A stretch of 64,000 nt of DNA from Smithella sp. (GCA_017993615.1 JAGOMJ010000004.1:6402-70401); one strand, 5' to 3'; shown: positions 46,716-57,990, numbered from the stretch's first letter. Notes: generated by a model from the letters alone, not told the origin. A program made the numbers and translations.

Positions 46716-47441
46716 GTGAAAGACTTTGGAGCTTTAGACTTAAGCGGCAGTGTGAACGGCAGCCTTTTGAGCATGATTCTCGATGCCGGGCTGATGGTTA
46801 AGTTTGTTTTGCTGGTGCTTTTCATTTTTTCTGTGGTTTCCTGGGCGATCATTTTCATCAAGTATCGCTATTATCGCAAAATTCAAAAAGAAAATGAAGC
46901 GTTTAATGACGACTATCTGAAGAGTTCGAAACTTTCGGATGTCTTGCCGGCAGCGAAAAAATATTCATACTCCACCACGGCGGAAGTTTTTCGCGTGGGG
47001 TACAAGGAACTGACCCAGACCAACAGACCGGCCACAGGTGAATCGGCCCAGGGACGCGACGACATCAGTCTTTCGTCACTGGATAATCTCGAACGCTCGA
47101 TGAATAAAGCCAGTGCCACAGAAATGACCAAGCTGGAAAGTTCGCTGGGATTTCTGGCTACAACCGGGTCGGCCAGCCCTTTTATCGGTCTGTTCGGCAC
47201 CGTCTGGGGAATTATGGATACGTTTAAAGGCATCGGCGCGCGCGGGTCGGCCACGCTGGCTGTTGTCGCTCCCGGAATTTCCGAAGCATTAATCGCCACC
47301 GCAGCCGGACTGGCTGCAGCGATACCAGCGGTTATCTTCTATAATTATTTTTTAAATCAGTCGAAAAACATGGTTCAGGAAATGGAAAACTTTTCCGCTG
47401 AATTCTTAAACATTGTGGAACGATATCTTGTCCGTAAATAA
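46716..47441 (+). CDS. tolQ: TolQ (MotA/TolQ/ExbB proton channel)
   Basis: Start placed at the GTG at 46716 after GGAGA. LATTGSASPFIGLFGTVWGIM and EALIATAAGL motifs. Confidence 0.9.
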   Translation: MKDFGALDLSGSVNGSLLSMILDAGLMVKFVLLVLFIFSVVSWAIIFIKYRYYRKIQKENEAFNDDYLKSSKLSDVLPAAKKYSYSTTAEVFRVGYKELTQTNRPATGESAQGRDDISLSSLDNLERSMNKASATEMTKLESSLGFLATTGSASPFIGLFGTVWGIMDTFKGIGARGSATLAVVAPGISEALIATAAGLAAAIPAVIFYNYFLNQSKNMVQEMENFSAEFLNIVERYLVRK

Positions 47442-47458
47442 ATCCCGGAGACAAAACA

Positions 47459-47884
47459 ATGGTGCGCGGGTCACGCAGAAAAAATAATGCCAGTAAACCG
47501 CTGGCGGAAATCAACGTTACGCCTCTGGTCGATGTCATGCTGGTGCTGCTGATTATCTTCATGGTGACGGCGCCCATGCTGTCGATGGGCATCGATGTCA
47601 ATCTGCCGCGGGTTAAAGCCAAAAGCGTCGATGTGGCCGAAGAAAAACTGGTTCTGACCGTCAATGAAACCCGGGAAATTTTTCTGAATAAAACCAAAAT
47701 GACGCTGGGGGAATTAAAACCCAAACTGGAAGCCATCTTTTCCAACAGAATCGACCGGGAAATTTTTCTGCGCGCCGACAAAAATGTGCCTTATGGCTTT
47801 GTGGTTGAAGTCATGTCGGAAGTTCGTAAGGCAGGGGTTGATAAACTGGGAATGATCACGGAACCTCCCGAGGAAACAAAATGA
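47459..47884 (+). CDS. tolR: TolR (ExbD/TolR family)
   Basis: 141 aa. INVTPLVDVMLVLLIIFM motif. Confidence 0.9.
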   Translation: MVRGSRRKNNASKPLAEINVTPLVDVMLVLLIIFMVTAPMLSMGIDVNLPRVKAKSVDVAEEKLVLTVNETREIFLNKTKMTLGELKPKLEAIFSNRIDREIFLRADKNVPYGFVVEVMSEVRKAGVDKLGMITEPPEETK

Positions 47885-48600
47885 CACCCCGGATGCTTGG
47901 CAAGGGCTACCGCAGCGGTAACGGCAACTTTCAAAACATGATCTTCCTTTCCCTGACCCTTCATGTGGTTGTTGTTGCCCTCATTCTCGTGTCGGTCCCG
48001 ACAACATCGCGGCACCTGACCTTCGGAGCAGCCTATTCCGTTCAACTTGTGGGCTCTGAAGCGGTTATGCCTTCTCAGGAAACGTCTTCACTCAGTGACA
48101 TCCTGGAATCGAAAAAAACCTCCGACGCCATCATCATTAAACGGAAGATCAGCAGCATTTATTCGTCCCCGCTGAAAACGCCGGCCACACAAAAACTCGA
48201 TGTCGAAAAAGCCGTTGGTGCGCTCCGTCAGAAAGAACGCGCCCCGGGAAAAACAAAGGAGAATGCCCCGGCATCCGGCCGAACGGCGATGACGGACGCC
48301 GAAGTCAATGCGCAGGCCAATGAATATATCGAAACCGTGTGGTCGAGGGTAAAGCAGAACTGGTCCATACCGCAATCCCTGCTGCCGGATAACAATATCA
48401 CGACGATTGTGGATGTCAGGATTGCCCGCAACGGCGCCCTGTTGTATGCCGGTTTTGAAAAACGCTCCGGCAACCGTTATTTCGATGACTCCGCGCTCAG
48501 AGCGGTCAAAAAATCCGGTCCGTTTCCTCCGTTGCCCCATTGGATCAGGGATAACCATATTGAAATCGGCATCCGGTTTCATTCCTCGGAACTGCGCTGA
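47881..48600 (+). CDS. tolA: TolA/TonB C-terminal-domain protein
   Basis: 239 aa. N-terminal TM helix, low-complexity linker, C-terminal TonB_C-like domain. 4-nt overlap with tolR. Confidence 0.7.
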   Translation: MTPRMLGKGYRSGNGNFQNMIFLSLTLHVVVVALILVSVPTTSRHLTFGAAYSVQLVGSEAVMPSQETSSLSDILESKKTSDAIIIKRKISSIYSSPLKTPATQKLDVEKAVGALRQKERAPGKTKENAPASGRTAMTDAEVNAQANEYIETVWSRVKQNWSIPQSLLPDNNITTIVDVRIARNGALLYAGFEKRSGNRYFDDSALRAVKKSGPFPPLPHWIRDNHIEIGIRFHSSELR

Positions 48601-48651
48601 TCTCGTGTGTGCAGGAGAACGTTTTTTAAAAGAAAAAGGTAGGGGTATCAC

Positions 48652-49974
48652 GTGACAAAAAGAGTTTTGATTTTAACGTTGATCTTTTTTTTCTGCGCCT
48701 GGCCGATCTGCAGCAACCGTGCAGATTCCAAAGTGTATGTGGACATCGATTCTCCCGCTTTCAGACTGATTCCCATCGCCATCTGCGATTTTCATCCTGC
48801 GTCGGGTCCGGTCGGCCATGTCGCTTCCGAGACAACGGTTTCCGAACGCGTTAAAAAAGATCTCGCCCTGACAGGACTGTTCAATATTTTGAACAAACAA
48901 AGTTTTCTGGAAAGCCCTGATGCCGTATCGACAACAGCCGTGGGAAAAATTCGTTTTGCCGACTGGCTGGCCGTAGGCGCCGACTATCTGGTCAAAGGAC
49001 GCATCTTTCAAAAGGATCGGGAAATGACCGTCGAGGCCTATCTTTATGATGTCGCCCGCGGTGAGTTGATTTTCGGCAAAAAATACCAGGCGCCGGCCGA
49101 AAAAACCAAGGCGGTCGCCCGCGCGATAGCATCCGACATCATGCTTGCCCTGATCAATGACGCGGGAGACTTCAACACCGAAATAGCCTTTGTATCCAAG
49201 ACAGGCCTCCGGTCTGATATTTATGCCGTCAGTTATGACGGCGCCGATGTCAGGAAAGTCACCCATCATCAGTCCATCTTAATGGCGCCGCGCTGGTCGC
49301 CTGACGGAAACGGAATGGCCTTTACCTCATTCAAAAGAGGACGTCCTGAAATTTATTTCCTCAATTTAAAAAACAGGTCGGAAAAAAGACTGGCATCTTT
49401 TGGAGGATTGAATTTATGCGGTTCCTTTTCCCCCGATGGTCGAAAACTATTAATGACCCTGAGCAAGGACGGCAACGAAGAAATATATGCCCTGGATGTT
49501 CAGACGTTACAGCTTCAGCGCCTGACCCGCCATTCCGCCATCGATGTTTCGCCGTCATGGTCGCCTGACGGTAAGCAGATTGTTTTTGTTTCCAATAGAG
49601 GAGGGTCGCCGCAAATTTACACTATGGATGCCGATGGGAACAACGTGAAAAGAATTACTTACAAAGGCAGTTATAATTCCTCGCCCTCCTGGTCACCGCG
49701 CGGCGACCGTATCATCTACGAAGGATTAACCGCTGACCGATATCAAATCTTTTCCGTTGACACGGAAGGCAACAATCCGGCGCAACTGACCTCTGACAAT
49801 GCCAACAATGAGTCGCCGTTCTGGTCGCCGTCGGGGCGTCAGATTGTGTATGTGTCCCGCAAACATTCCGGCAGTCAAATCCTCATCATGAATGCCAACG
49901 GGACCAATCCGAGGCTGCTGTATGAGCAAAGCAACAGACTCGCCATGCCGGCATGGTCGGGACGACTCCGATAG
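48652..49974 (+). CDS. tolB: TolB periplasmic beta-propeller protein
   Basis: 440 aa. Repeated (S/A)P(S/R)WSPDG propeller motifs. GTG start. Confidence 0.92.
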   Translation: MTKRVLILTLIFFFCAWPICSNRADSKVYVDIDSPAFRLIPIAICDFHPASGPVGHVASETTVSERVKKDLALTGLFNILNKQSFLESPDAVSTTAVGKIRFADWLAVGADYLVKGRIFQKDREMTVEAYLYDVARGELIFGKKYQAPAEKTKAVARAIASDIMLALINDAGDFNTEIAFVSKTGLRSDIYAVSYDGADVRKVTHHQSILMAPRWSPDGNGMAFTSFKRGRPEIYFLNLKNRSEKRLASFGGLNLCGSFSPDGRKLLMTLSKDGNEEIYALDVQTLQLQRLTRHSAIDVSPSWSPDGKQIVFVSNRGGSPQIYTMDADGNNVKRITYKGSYNSSPSWSPRGDRIIYEGLTADRYQIFSVDTEGNNPAQLTSDNANNESPFWSPSGRQIVYVSRKHSGSQILIMNANGTNPRLLYEQSNRLAMPAWSGRLR

Positions 49975-50173
49975 GCAAATTTAAATCTCAAAGGGGTTGT
50001 TATTTTCTTTTCTTTGATGTATAAAACACACATATTTTGAATGTATTTCGGTGAAACGGGAGTCAAAAACAGACAAACTACTTTTTGTTTCATGGTTTTA
50101 ACGTGAACGATTCTTGGTCGTCATTTTCTGATCAATATAATTTTTGAACACCTTTAAAAAAGGAGATGAAGCA

Positions 50174-50743
50174 ATGAACATGCAAATCCATTTAAGACTT
50201 GTTTTAGTCGTATTCATAGCCGGTTTGATGATGATAGTGGGCTGCGCCGAAAAAAAATCCGTCATCACCAGCGATGCCGCACAGGAACAGCAAACCACCC
50301 CGGCACAGACGCCCCCCTCGCAGGAGGATATGTCATCGAAGGATATCACCGGGTCCCAGATTGCATCGGAGGAAAAGTCGGTGGACCTGGAAAAAATGGC
50401 GCGGGCACAATCCCCTGTCAACGATATCCATTTTGATTTCGACAGTTCCAGTATTCGCCCGGATGCTCGTGAGACTCTCCGGGAAAATGCCGACTATTTC
50501 ATGAACAATAGAATTTCGTCCATCATCATTGAAGGGCATTGTGATGAAAAAGGCACCAACGAATACAATATGGCGCTGGGAGAAAGACGCGCTCAGGAAA
50601 CAAAAAAATATCTGGTGAATCTGGGGGTGAAAGAATCCCTGATGCAAACCGTCAGTTTTGGCGAAGAAAATCCTCTGGATCCGGCCTCCAATGAAGACGC
50701 CTGGGCAAAAAACAGACGGGCACATTTTGCGGTCAACCCCTAA
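50174..50743 (+). CDS. pal: peptidoglycan-associated lipoprotein Pal (OmpA-C domain)
   Basis: Start at ATGAACATG after AAGGAG. Lipobox MIVGC. OmpA-like [12 protein letters not shown]. Confidence 0.9.
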   Translation: MNMQIHLRLVLVVFIAGLMMIVGCAEKKSVITSDAAQEQQTTPAQTPPSQEDMSSKDITGSQIASEEKSVDLEKMARAQSPVNDIHFDFDSSSIRPDARETLRENADYFMNNRISSIIIEGHCDEKGTNEYNMALGERRAQETKKYLVNLGVKESLMQTVSFGEENPLDPASNEDAWAKNRRAHFAVNP

Positions 50744-50755
50744 CGATAAAGCGAG

Positions 50756-51577
50756 GTGAAGCCTTTGGAAAGATTTCGTTATTGCATTTTATTTCTGGTG
50801 GTCCTTTTTCTGGCCGGATGCGCCTCCTCCGGAGATTTAAGGGCGCTGCGTTCGGAGATGAGCCAGCGAACGGATGAAAAAATATCCTCTCTGGAAGCAG
50901 AGGTGAACGCGTTGAAGGAAAACGCCACGGCACTGGAATCCATGCGCAAAGGGCAGGCCAATACCATGGCGGATCTTGCCGAATTAAGGGAAAATCTCCA
51001 GCAACTGCGGGGTCAGGTGGAAACGCTCAAAAAAGACGCGTCGCAGTCGTCCAGGAAAGACGAACAGCTTCTGAATAACATGTTGCTGCGAATCAATTTC
51101 ATCGAAAATTTTCTGGAAATCGGCAGCAAAAACACGTCGGACGCCTCGGATAAAACGGGCAAAGTCAATGGCGGCTCGGTCGCAAAGGATACCGGAAGCA
51201 AGCAGGATAAGGATAAAGCGTACTCAGCCGCCTATCAGATTTTTCAGGAAGGAAACTATGCGAAAGCGCGAAACGAATTTCAGACTTTTTTGACTACCTA
51301 TCCGAACAGCGAATATTCGGACAACGCACAGTTCTGGATTGGTGAATGTTATTTTTTTGAAAAAAAATATGAATCGGCCATTCTGGAATATGAAAAAGTC
51401 ACCAAAAATTATCCGAAGGGAAACAAGGTCCCCTATGCTCTTTTGAAACAGGGTCTTTCCTTTCTGAAACTGGGGGATAAAACCAGCGCCAAATTACTCC
51501 TGCAGGAAGTCATAAAAAATTATCCGAACACCAGCCAGGCGCGTATCGCGCGCTCCAATTTGCAGGACATCAAATAG
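50756..51577 (+). CDS. cpoB: Tol-Pal system protein CpoB/YbgF (coiled coil + TPR)
   Basis: Lipobox-like LFLAGC, central coiled coil, C-terminal YbgF TPR region (YPNSEYSDNAQFWIGECYF ... NYPKGNKVPYALLK). Confidence 0.85.
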   Translation: MKPLERFRYCILFLVVLFLAGCASSGDLRALRSEMSQRTDEKISSLEAEVNALKENATALESMRKGQANTMADLAELRENLQQLRGQVETLKKDASQSSRKDEQLLNNMLLRINFIENFLEIGSKNTSDASDKTGKVNGGSVAKDTGSKQDKDKAYSAAYQIFQEGNYAKARNEFQTFLTTYPNSEYSDNAQFWIGECYFFEKKYESAILEYEKVTKNYPKGNKVPYALLKQGLSFLKLGDKTSAKLLLQEVIKNYPNTSQARIARSNLQDIK

Positions 51578-51601
51578 TCGTTTTTCACCCTCTGCAAGGA
51601 T

Positions 51602-52378
51602 CTATTCTAAAATATTTTGTTCCACATCGGATGGAGCGGTCAGATTAAAAACCGATAAATCTTTCGTCTTTTCAACCCGGACATCGGAGTAGGTGACTGT
51701 CAGCGCGGTTGAGCCGTTCGCCAATCGGATCACAAGTTTTTCAGGCAAAGCGCTTTGACCGCCATAAAAATATTGCACATTATATTTTTCCGAACCGGTT
51801 TCATCGGTGCAAAGCAGCCGCATCAGTTTTTGACTGCCTTCCTGTACCCAGATGATTTGCGACTCACTCGAGGATTTCTTGCATGTCATCCGCCAAAGAC
51901 GGCCTTCGGATGAGACATCCTCGGCAAGACGTTCTGTCGTGCAAAACGGATAGGTCCCCGTCAACACCAGGACCATATCTTCGATGTCCATCGACCAGGG
52001 TAGAAATTTTTCCAGATTGGAACGCGTCGGTCGTCCCCGGTAAAGCTCTTTTTTCGACGGAACGAAAACAGTCATGGTATCGGGTGTCGCCGTCAGCAAC
52101 AAGTCGGGATTGCCGATGAGGGGCAGCACTTCCAGGCGCACGTATCCCGGACGTCTCAGAACCAGGGCGGCCCGGACATGATACGATGCGTCGACCGTTT
52201 TAAAATCTATTTTCGCCAGGGCTTGGAAAACATCCTCCTCGGCAAGCCCGCCGGATGTCGACAAGATCCTTTTTTCCGGATAAACATCGCGCGCAACACC
52301 TGATGCCTGCTGTAACGCACAGGAACAGAGGCAAAGCATCAGAAACATCCATATCAAGCGGAAATATTTTTGGATCAT
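51602..52378 (-). CDS. LolB-like/DUF4292-type outer-membrane lipoprotein
   Basis: 258 aa. Signal peptide with Cys-rich cleavage region (MLCLCSC). Size and position next to a TPR lipoprotein. Family call from memory only. Confidence 0.45.
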   Translation of the reverse strand: MIQKYFRLIWMFLMLCLCSCALQQASGVARDVYPEKRILSTSGGLAEEDVFQALAKIDFKTVDASYHVRAALVLRRPGYVRLEVLPLIGNPDLLLTATPDTMTVFVPSKKELYRGRPTRSNLEKFLPWSMDIEDMVLVLTGTYPFCTTERLAEDVSSEGRLWRMTCKKSSSESQIIWVQEGSQKLMRLLCTDETGSEKYNVQYFYGGQSALPEKLVIRLANGSTALTVTYSDVRVEKTKDLSVFNLTAPSDVEQNILE

Positions 52379-52414
52379 GAGTTGATTCTTATCCGGAAAG
52401 ACCTTGTGGTTTGA

Positions 52415-54103
52415 TTATCGTGTCCCGCGGATATCCTCGCGCTTCTTTTTCAGGACATCGTTTCCGGGATCGATTTTCATCCCCCGCTCATACATATCGG
52501 CCGCGTCCTTGAGCCTGTTCTGCCGGACATACAAATCCCCGAGGTGTTCAATGATTTCAATCTCATCAGGCAGCAGTGTCCAGGCTTCTTTCAGATATTT
52601 TTCCGCGTTTTTCAAATCATTTTTTTTGAAATATACCCATCCCAGGCTGTCCAGTAAATAACCATTGCCGGGTTTGATTTTGAGCGCCCGCAAGATCATG
52701 GCCTCCGCTTCATCAAGATGCATGTCCCTTACCGCATAACTGTATCCGATGAAATTCAGCGCTTCGGCATTTTTCGGATCAATGTCCAGGATTTTTTTCA
52801 TCGACATAATGCTCTCTTCAAAACGGTTGGTCTTATCGTAAAGCACGCCCAGGGCATAATGCAAATCCGTGCTTCGAGGCAGCACTTTCAAACCGTCCTG
52901 CAGAATGGCTTCCGACGAGGCGTTATCACCGGTTTCATCATAAAAGGACGATAACAACAGATAAAACGGGACCTGATCGTTCTTTTTCTTAATGGATTTT
53001 TTTATGACCGCCACGGCCTCCGTGACTTTCCCCTCCTCTTTCAAGATCATCGCCGCGCGGAGTTGCGCACTGACATATAGCTCGGACGATGATGCAATGC
53101 CCGTAAATTCCTCAACGGCCCGGACGTTATTTTTTTGCTGATCGTACGTTGTCGCCAGCAAATAACGCACTTTGTCGTCCAGGACATTTTTCTGTAAAAT
53201 CGAAGAAAACTCGGCGGCGGCCAGATCAAATTTTTTCATGTCAAAATACAGCAGCCCCAGCGCCACTTTGATATCCCGGTTATCCGGATCGATTTTCAAA
53301 ACTTCCTGAAATTCCTTTTCCGCTTCTTCATATTTTTTCTTCTTGATTAAAAGCTCGCCGGTCCGCACGCGTAAATTAAGCCGTGTCGGATCAATCGCCA
53401 GATAATTGCGGTAAATTTCAATGGCCTTATCCAGTTTTTCCTGTTTCTCGTACAAAGCCGCCAGATCGAACAGGGCCATTTCAAAATACGGATTCAGGGA
53501 CATGGCTTTTTTAAACATCTTCTCCGCTTCGTCCAGCCGTTTCATCTTCTCCAGAACTTTCCCGTAATAATAGACGCCCATGATGTTATCCGGATCGATT
53601 TTCAGCATTTTTTTAAATGTCTCTTCCGCTCTGTCGAATCTTTTTTCTTCCGCATAAATAATCCCCAGATACAGATGCGCAACGAGGTTCTTCGGATCCA
53701 GCTCGATGACTTTTTTATGCTCTCTGACTGCTTTCGAATACTCCCGCATATTCAGGTACAAGCCGCCCATAATCAAATGCACGTCTACATTGTCCGGATC
53801 CCGGGCCAGCGCCTCTTCGCCATGGGCCACGGCGCTTTTGACGTCGCCCTTCTGGGCGTAAAGAGACATCAGTTCAATGACAAGATAGGCGGAGTCGGGA
53901 TCCGCCGCATAGGCCTGCTCCAGCTCGCGGATGGCCTCATCCAGATTTCCATCATTGCGCAGAAAAACACTCAGCAGATAATGATAAGAGGCCTGCTGTT
54001 GAAATTTATCTCCCGACGGAGCATGCTGGACGTTCGGCAACGTCACGCAGCCGGAAAGACTGACAAACATAATGACAACGAAACAAATGAAATTTCTTTT
54101 CAT
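52415..54103 (-). CDS. TPR-repeat lipoprotein
   Basis: 562 aa. Lipobox LSGC, more than 10 tandem TPR units (repeated ...A...Y..AL..DP.N...). Confidence 0.8.
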   Translation of the reverse strand: MKRNFICFVVIMFVSLSGCVTLPNVQHAPSGDKFQQQASYHYLLSVFLRNDGNLDEAIRELEQAYAADPDSAYLVIELMSLYAQKGDVKSAVAHGEEALARDPDNVDVHLIMGGLYLNMREYSKAVREHKKVIELDPKNLVAHLYLGIIYAEEKRFDRAEETFKKMLKIDPDNIMGVYYYGKVLEKMKRLDEAEKMFKKAMSLNPYFEMALFDLAALYEKQEKLDKAIEIYRNYLAIDPTRLNLRVRTGELLIKKKKYEEAEKEFQEVLKIDPDNRDIKVALGLLYFDMKKFDLAAAEFSSILQKNVLDDKVRYLLATTYDQQKNNVRAVEEFTGIASSSELYVSAQLRAAMILKEEGKVTEAVAVIKKSIKKKNDQVPFYLLLSSFYDETGDNASSEAILQDGLKVLPRSTDLHYALGVLYDKTNRFEESIMSMKKILDIDPKNAEALNFIGYSYAVRDMHLDEAEAMILRALKIKPGNGYLLDSLGWVYFKKNDLKNAEKYLKEAWTLLPDEIEIIEHLGDLYVRQNRLKDAADMYERGMKIDPGNDVLKKKREDIRGTR

Positions 54104-54152
54104 AAGGTCTTCGAATCCGTTTTAACGGCGCTTTCGCGATGATGCGCCGGCA

Positions 54153-55028
54153 TTATGATTTCTCCGGGGACTTGTTTGTTTTTTTAATGATTCGGGATGC
54201 CGGAACAACCGACACCCCCTTTTCCCGCATGACTTTGGTTGCTGCTTGAAGGGCCCGGACCGTTTCAGGATACGGATGCCCGATGATAATTTTAGGAGCA
54301 GGATCATTGCTCTGGGCAACATGCATCAATTGACTGTAAATAGCGTGATAATCACGGTGATGATCGATAAAAATTTTTCGTTCAGCGATACGGAAACCCA
54401 TGTCGTCCGCAATGGCATAGGCCCGGGTATCCGGCGATGTGCGCGAATCGATAAAAAAAAGTTTCTTGCGCTGGAGTTCCTTAAAAATGACGGACAGTTT
54501 TTCGTCGTCCATCATGAACTTGGAACCCATATGATTATTCACGCCGACGGCATGGGGAACCGCATCAATGTTCTTCCGTAATTGCAACACAAGCTCTTCC
54601 TGACTCATGTCCGTGAACAAGGCGCCTTCTCCCGGTCGCTCCCTGGGATAAGAAACCGGTTCCATAGGCAAGTGCACAAGGACCTCTCTGTTCGCCTGAT
54701 AGATCATTTCCGCCGCTTCGCGGGAATGTCGTTGAAAAGGTAAAATGGCAAACGTCAGATCGGCATCGATTTTCAGCAACGCTTTGGCCACGTTCAGGTC
54801 ATAACCGATGTCATCGATAATGATGGCCACTTCACGTAACCGTGCCGGAGGAGATGTCCGTTTCTTAACCGAATCGATTTTGGGCGCGGCGGGTTTGACG
54901 GCAACCTCTTTCTCCTTTGCTTTTTCAGGAACCGCTTCCTGAAACTGCACGACATAAATGATGCCGGCTACTGACAATAGGATGAGTACGACCAGAGTTG
55001 CCGTAAAAATTTTTTTCATTAAATTCAT
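54153..55028 (-). CDS. divergent polysaccharide deacetylase (YibQ family)
   Basis: VAIIIDDIGYD ... TFAILPF ... VLVHLPMEP ... NNHMGS pattern typical of YibQ. Confidence 0.8.
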   Translation of the reverse strand: MNLMKKIFTATLVVLILLSVAGIIYVVQFQEAVPEKAKEKEVAVKPAAPKIDSVKKRTSPPARLREVAIIIDDIGYDLNVAKALLKIDADLTFAILPFQRHSREAAEMIYQANREVLVHLPMEPVSYPRERPGEGALFTDMSQEELVLQLRKNIDAVPHAVGVNNHMGSKFMMDDEKLSVIFKELQRKKLFFIDSRTSPDTRAYAIADDMGFRIAERKIFIDHHRDYHAIYSQLMHVAQSNDPAPKIIIGHPYPETVRALQAATKVMREKGVSVVPASRIIKKTNKSPEKS

Positions 55029-55055
55029 GAATGCTCAAGTAGTGCAGAACGGCTG

Positions 55056-56378
55056 CTATTTCTTTATGGATTTCATGATATTCCAGCTCTTAAGAATATT
55101 CACGGCCGTCTGCAGCTGATTGTCTTTTTCCAAATCCAATGGGTCTTTTGTGTCTCTGCTCTGGCCCCCATCGACCTTTGTACCATCGTCCTTATCCGGT
55201 TTAATATGACCCTTGAGATCTTTTTCCCGGATCCGTTCTTCCTTATCCGTAACGCTTTCCGCCTCTTCCGCCCCCTTGATAAAAGGCACGATAATGTCGG
55301 GGGTAATGCCTTCCGCCTGAATAGAACGGCCATTGGGTGTGTAATAACGGGCCGTCGTCAGTTTGAGGGCCGAACCATCTTCCAGGGGAATCACCGTCTG
55401 AACGGACGCTTTGCCAAATGTTTGTGTTCCGACAATTAAAGCTCTTCCATTATCCTGTAGCGCGCCGGCAACGATTTCTGCAGCACTGGCCGTTCCCTCG
55501 TTGACTAAAACAACGATCGGACAACTAATTTCATTATTATCGTTTTTAGCGACTGATTTTGTTTCCATTGCCTTCACTCTTCCCCGGGTGGAAACAATGG
55601 TCCCCGATTTCAGAAAAATATCCGATACATCTATCGCCTGAGTCAGCAAGCCGCCCGGATCGTTTCTCAAATCAAGAATCAATCCCTTCATGGGCTTGTT
55701 TTTATCGTCCAGTTCTCTCAGGGCCTTGCGTAAATCATCCGCCGTTCGATCCTGAAAAGCCGCAATGCGAATATAGCTGACGTTGTCTTCAAGTTTTTTA
55801 TGTTTGACGCTTTTTACCTGAATGATGGCCCGTGTTAACGTAATGTCTTTCGGCGCGGCCATACCCTCTCTCATAATGGTAATGGTCACCTTGGTGTCTT
55901 TGGCGCCGCGGAGCTGTTTGACCGCTTCCATAATCGTAATGTCTTTTGTCGATTTGCCGTCAATTTTCAGAATCTGATCGCCCGGTTTGAGGCCGGCCCT
56001 GAACGCGGGCGTATCTTCGATGGGCGAGACAACCGTCAGAATGTCCTTGATAAGCATAATCTCTATGCCGACACCGCCGAACTGTCCCTGTGTTTCCACC
56101 TCCAGTTCCTTGTATAAATCCGGTGTCATAAAGGAACTGTGCGGATCCAGCGACCGGATCATGCCGTTGATGGCTCCCTGCATTAAATTAGTCGTATCAA
56201 CATCATCAACATAGTTTTTTCTGACCATGTCCAGAACTTCGCTGAAAGTTTTTATGTCCTTATAAAAATTTTTATCCTTCGCGGCGGCACTATTGTCGCT
56301 ACTCAGTCCCAAGAGGATCAGGGCTCCCACACCGATGACGGCCAGCAGATAAAACTTTATCGATAGCTTCTTCATCAT
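55056..56378 (-). CDS. ctp: S41 carboxy-terminal processing peptidase
   Basis: PDZ region (GLKPGDQILKIDG), DLRNDPGGL, catalytic Ser region NEGTASAAEI. Start at ATGATG after GAGGA. Confidence 0.9.
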   Translation of the reverse strand: MMKKLSIKFYLLAVIGVGALILLGLSSDNSAAAKDKNFYKDIKTFSEVLDMVRKNYVDDVDTTNLMQGAINGMIRSLDPHSSFMTPDLYKELEVETQGQFGGVGIEIMLIKDILTVVSPIEDTPAFRAGLKPGDQILKIDGKSTKDITIMEAVKQLRGAKDTKVTITIMREGMAAPKDITLTRAIIQVKSVKHKKLEDNVSYIRIAAFQDRTADDLRKALRELDDKNKPMKGLILDLRNDPGGLLTQAIDVSDIFLKSGTIVSTRGRVKAMETKSVAKNDNNEISCPIVVLVNEGTASAAEIVAGALQDNGRALIVGTQTFGKASVQTVIPLEDGSALKLTTARYYTPNGRSIQAEGITPDIIVPFIKGAEEAESVTDKEERIREKDLKGHIKPDKDDGTKVDGGQSRDTKDPLDLEKDNQLQTAVNILKSWNIMKSIKK

Positions 56379-56499
56379 ATTCCTCACAAAATTGAATATA
56401 TACCGCATTACTTATATCACTTTCTTCAATATTTATCATGTATTTGTTGGAAAATATCTGAAAGCGTTGAGTGCTCTCGAAGACGGAAACGTTTTGATA

Positions 56500-57990
56500 T
56501 TACTCGATCGTCCAGCTGGTGCCGTCAGCAGAATCCTTCAGAACAACATTCATCCCGGCCAGTTTTTTCCGGATGTCATCGGCCCGGGCCCAATCCTTTG
56601 CTTCGCGGGCGGATTGTCTTTGTCTGATCAACTCCTCAATCTCATCGGCGTTCAACTCGCGTCGGCGCAACTCGGTTTCCCGGTACAACACAAAGAATTG
56701 ATCTGCATCGCTGTTGATGACGCCCAGCACCGAACCGAAATAATCAAAAACCCGGATGGCTGCGGCCAGGACGGCGGTTTTGTCGGCCACCGGCATGCTT
56801 TTTTCTTTCATCATAAAATTATTCATCTGCCGGACCATATCAAAAACATAGCCCAATGCCTGGGCCGTGTTGAAATCATCATCCATCGCTTCATTAAACT
56901 TATCTTTCAGCATCTGGAAGGCATTGACATAGTCATCGACGCGCCCGGACGGCTGCGTTGCCACCGGTTTGGATCCGGCGGCTAATTGTCCCTGAAGTTC
57001 TTTCATCTGCTGGAGCGTTCTGTAACATCTGAACAGAGCGGCTCTGGCTTCGGACAGCGAATCATCCGAATAATCGACCGGACTGCGGTAATGGCTTTGC
57101 AGCATGAACAAACGCAACACTTCCGGATGATAATGTTTCAGGATTTCCTTGACCGGAAATATATTGCCCAGCGATTTGGACATCTTTTCCGAATTGATTT
57201 TTACAAAACCGTTGTGCATCCAGTAACGCGCCAGCGGCTTGCCGGTCGCCGCCGCCGATTGAGCGATTTCATTTTCATGATGCGGAAAAATCAAGTCCTC
57301 ACCGCCGCCGTGAATATCAAACGTCTCTCCCAGATAACGCCGGCTCATGGCCGAACATTCAATATGCCAGCCGGGGCGGCCTTTTCCCCACGGGCTCTCC
57401 CAAAAGGGTTCGCCTTCCTTGCTGTTTTTCCAGAGTGCAAAATCCAGGGGATTTTTTTTCTTGTCGCTGACATCAACACGGGCGCCGGCCATCATTTCTT
57501 CCAGATTGCGACCGGATAAACCGCCGTACTGTTTATAATCACTGATAGAAAAATACACGTCTCCCTCAACGCAATACGCATAACCTTTGTCCTCTAGGGT
57601 TCTAATCAGAGCAATCATTTCCTGCATGTTTTCGGTTGCTCTGGGAGTAATGGTGGGTGTCCGGACACCCAGCGCCGCCATGTCTTCATCGTGTGCTTTG
57701 ATGTATCGTTCGGCTATATCCGCAATACTCACGCCTTCCCTGTTGGCCCGGTCGATAATTTTATCGTCAATATCCGTGAAGTTTTTAACATAGGTGACGT
57801 TATAGCCCTGGGCCCGCAGGTATCTGACGACCACGTCGAAAACAACCGCCGCACGGGCATGCCCGATGTGACAGACGTCATAGGCGGTAATGCCGCACAC
57901 ATAAATGCCGACGGCGCCCTCCTGAATGGGCTGAAAAACTTCCTTTTTTCTGGTCGCTGTATTGAATATCTTCTGAGGCATTTTTTTCAC
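56500..57990 (-). CDS. cysS: cysteine-tRNA ligase
   Basis: HIGH (CHIGHARA) and KMSKS (EKMSKSLGN) motifs. 496 aa. Confidence 0.96.
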   Translation of the reverse strand: MKKMPQKIFNTATRKKEVFQPIQEGAVGIYVCGITAYDVCHIGHARAAVVFDVVVRYLRAQGYNVTYVKNFTDIDDKIIDRANREGVSIADIAERYIKAHDEDMAALGVRTPTITPRATENMQEMIALIRTLEDKGYAYCVEGDVYFSISDYKQYGGLSGRNLEEMMAGARVDVSDKKKNPLDFALWKNSKEGEPFWESPWGKGRPGWHIECSAMSRRYLGETFDIHGGGEDLIFPHHENEIAQSAAATGKPLARYWMHNGFVKINSEKMSKSLGNIFPVKEILKHYHPEVLRLFMLQSHYRSPVDYSDDSLSEARAALFRCYRTLQQMKELQGQLAAGSKPVATQPSGRVDDYVNAFQMLKDKFNEAMDDDFNTAQALGYVFDMVRQMNNFMMKEKSMPVADKTAVLAAAIRVFDYFGSVLGVINSDADQFFVLYRETELRRRELNADEIEELIRQRQSAREAKDWARADDIRKKLAGMNVVLKDSADGTSWTIE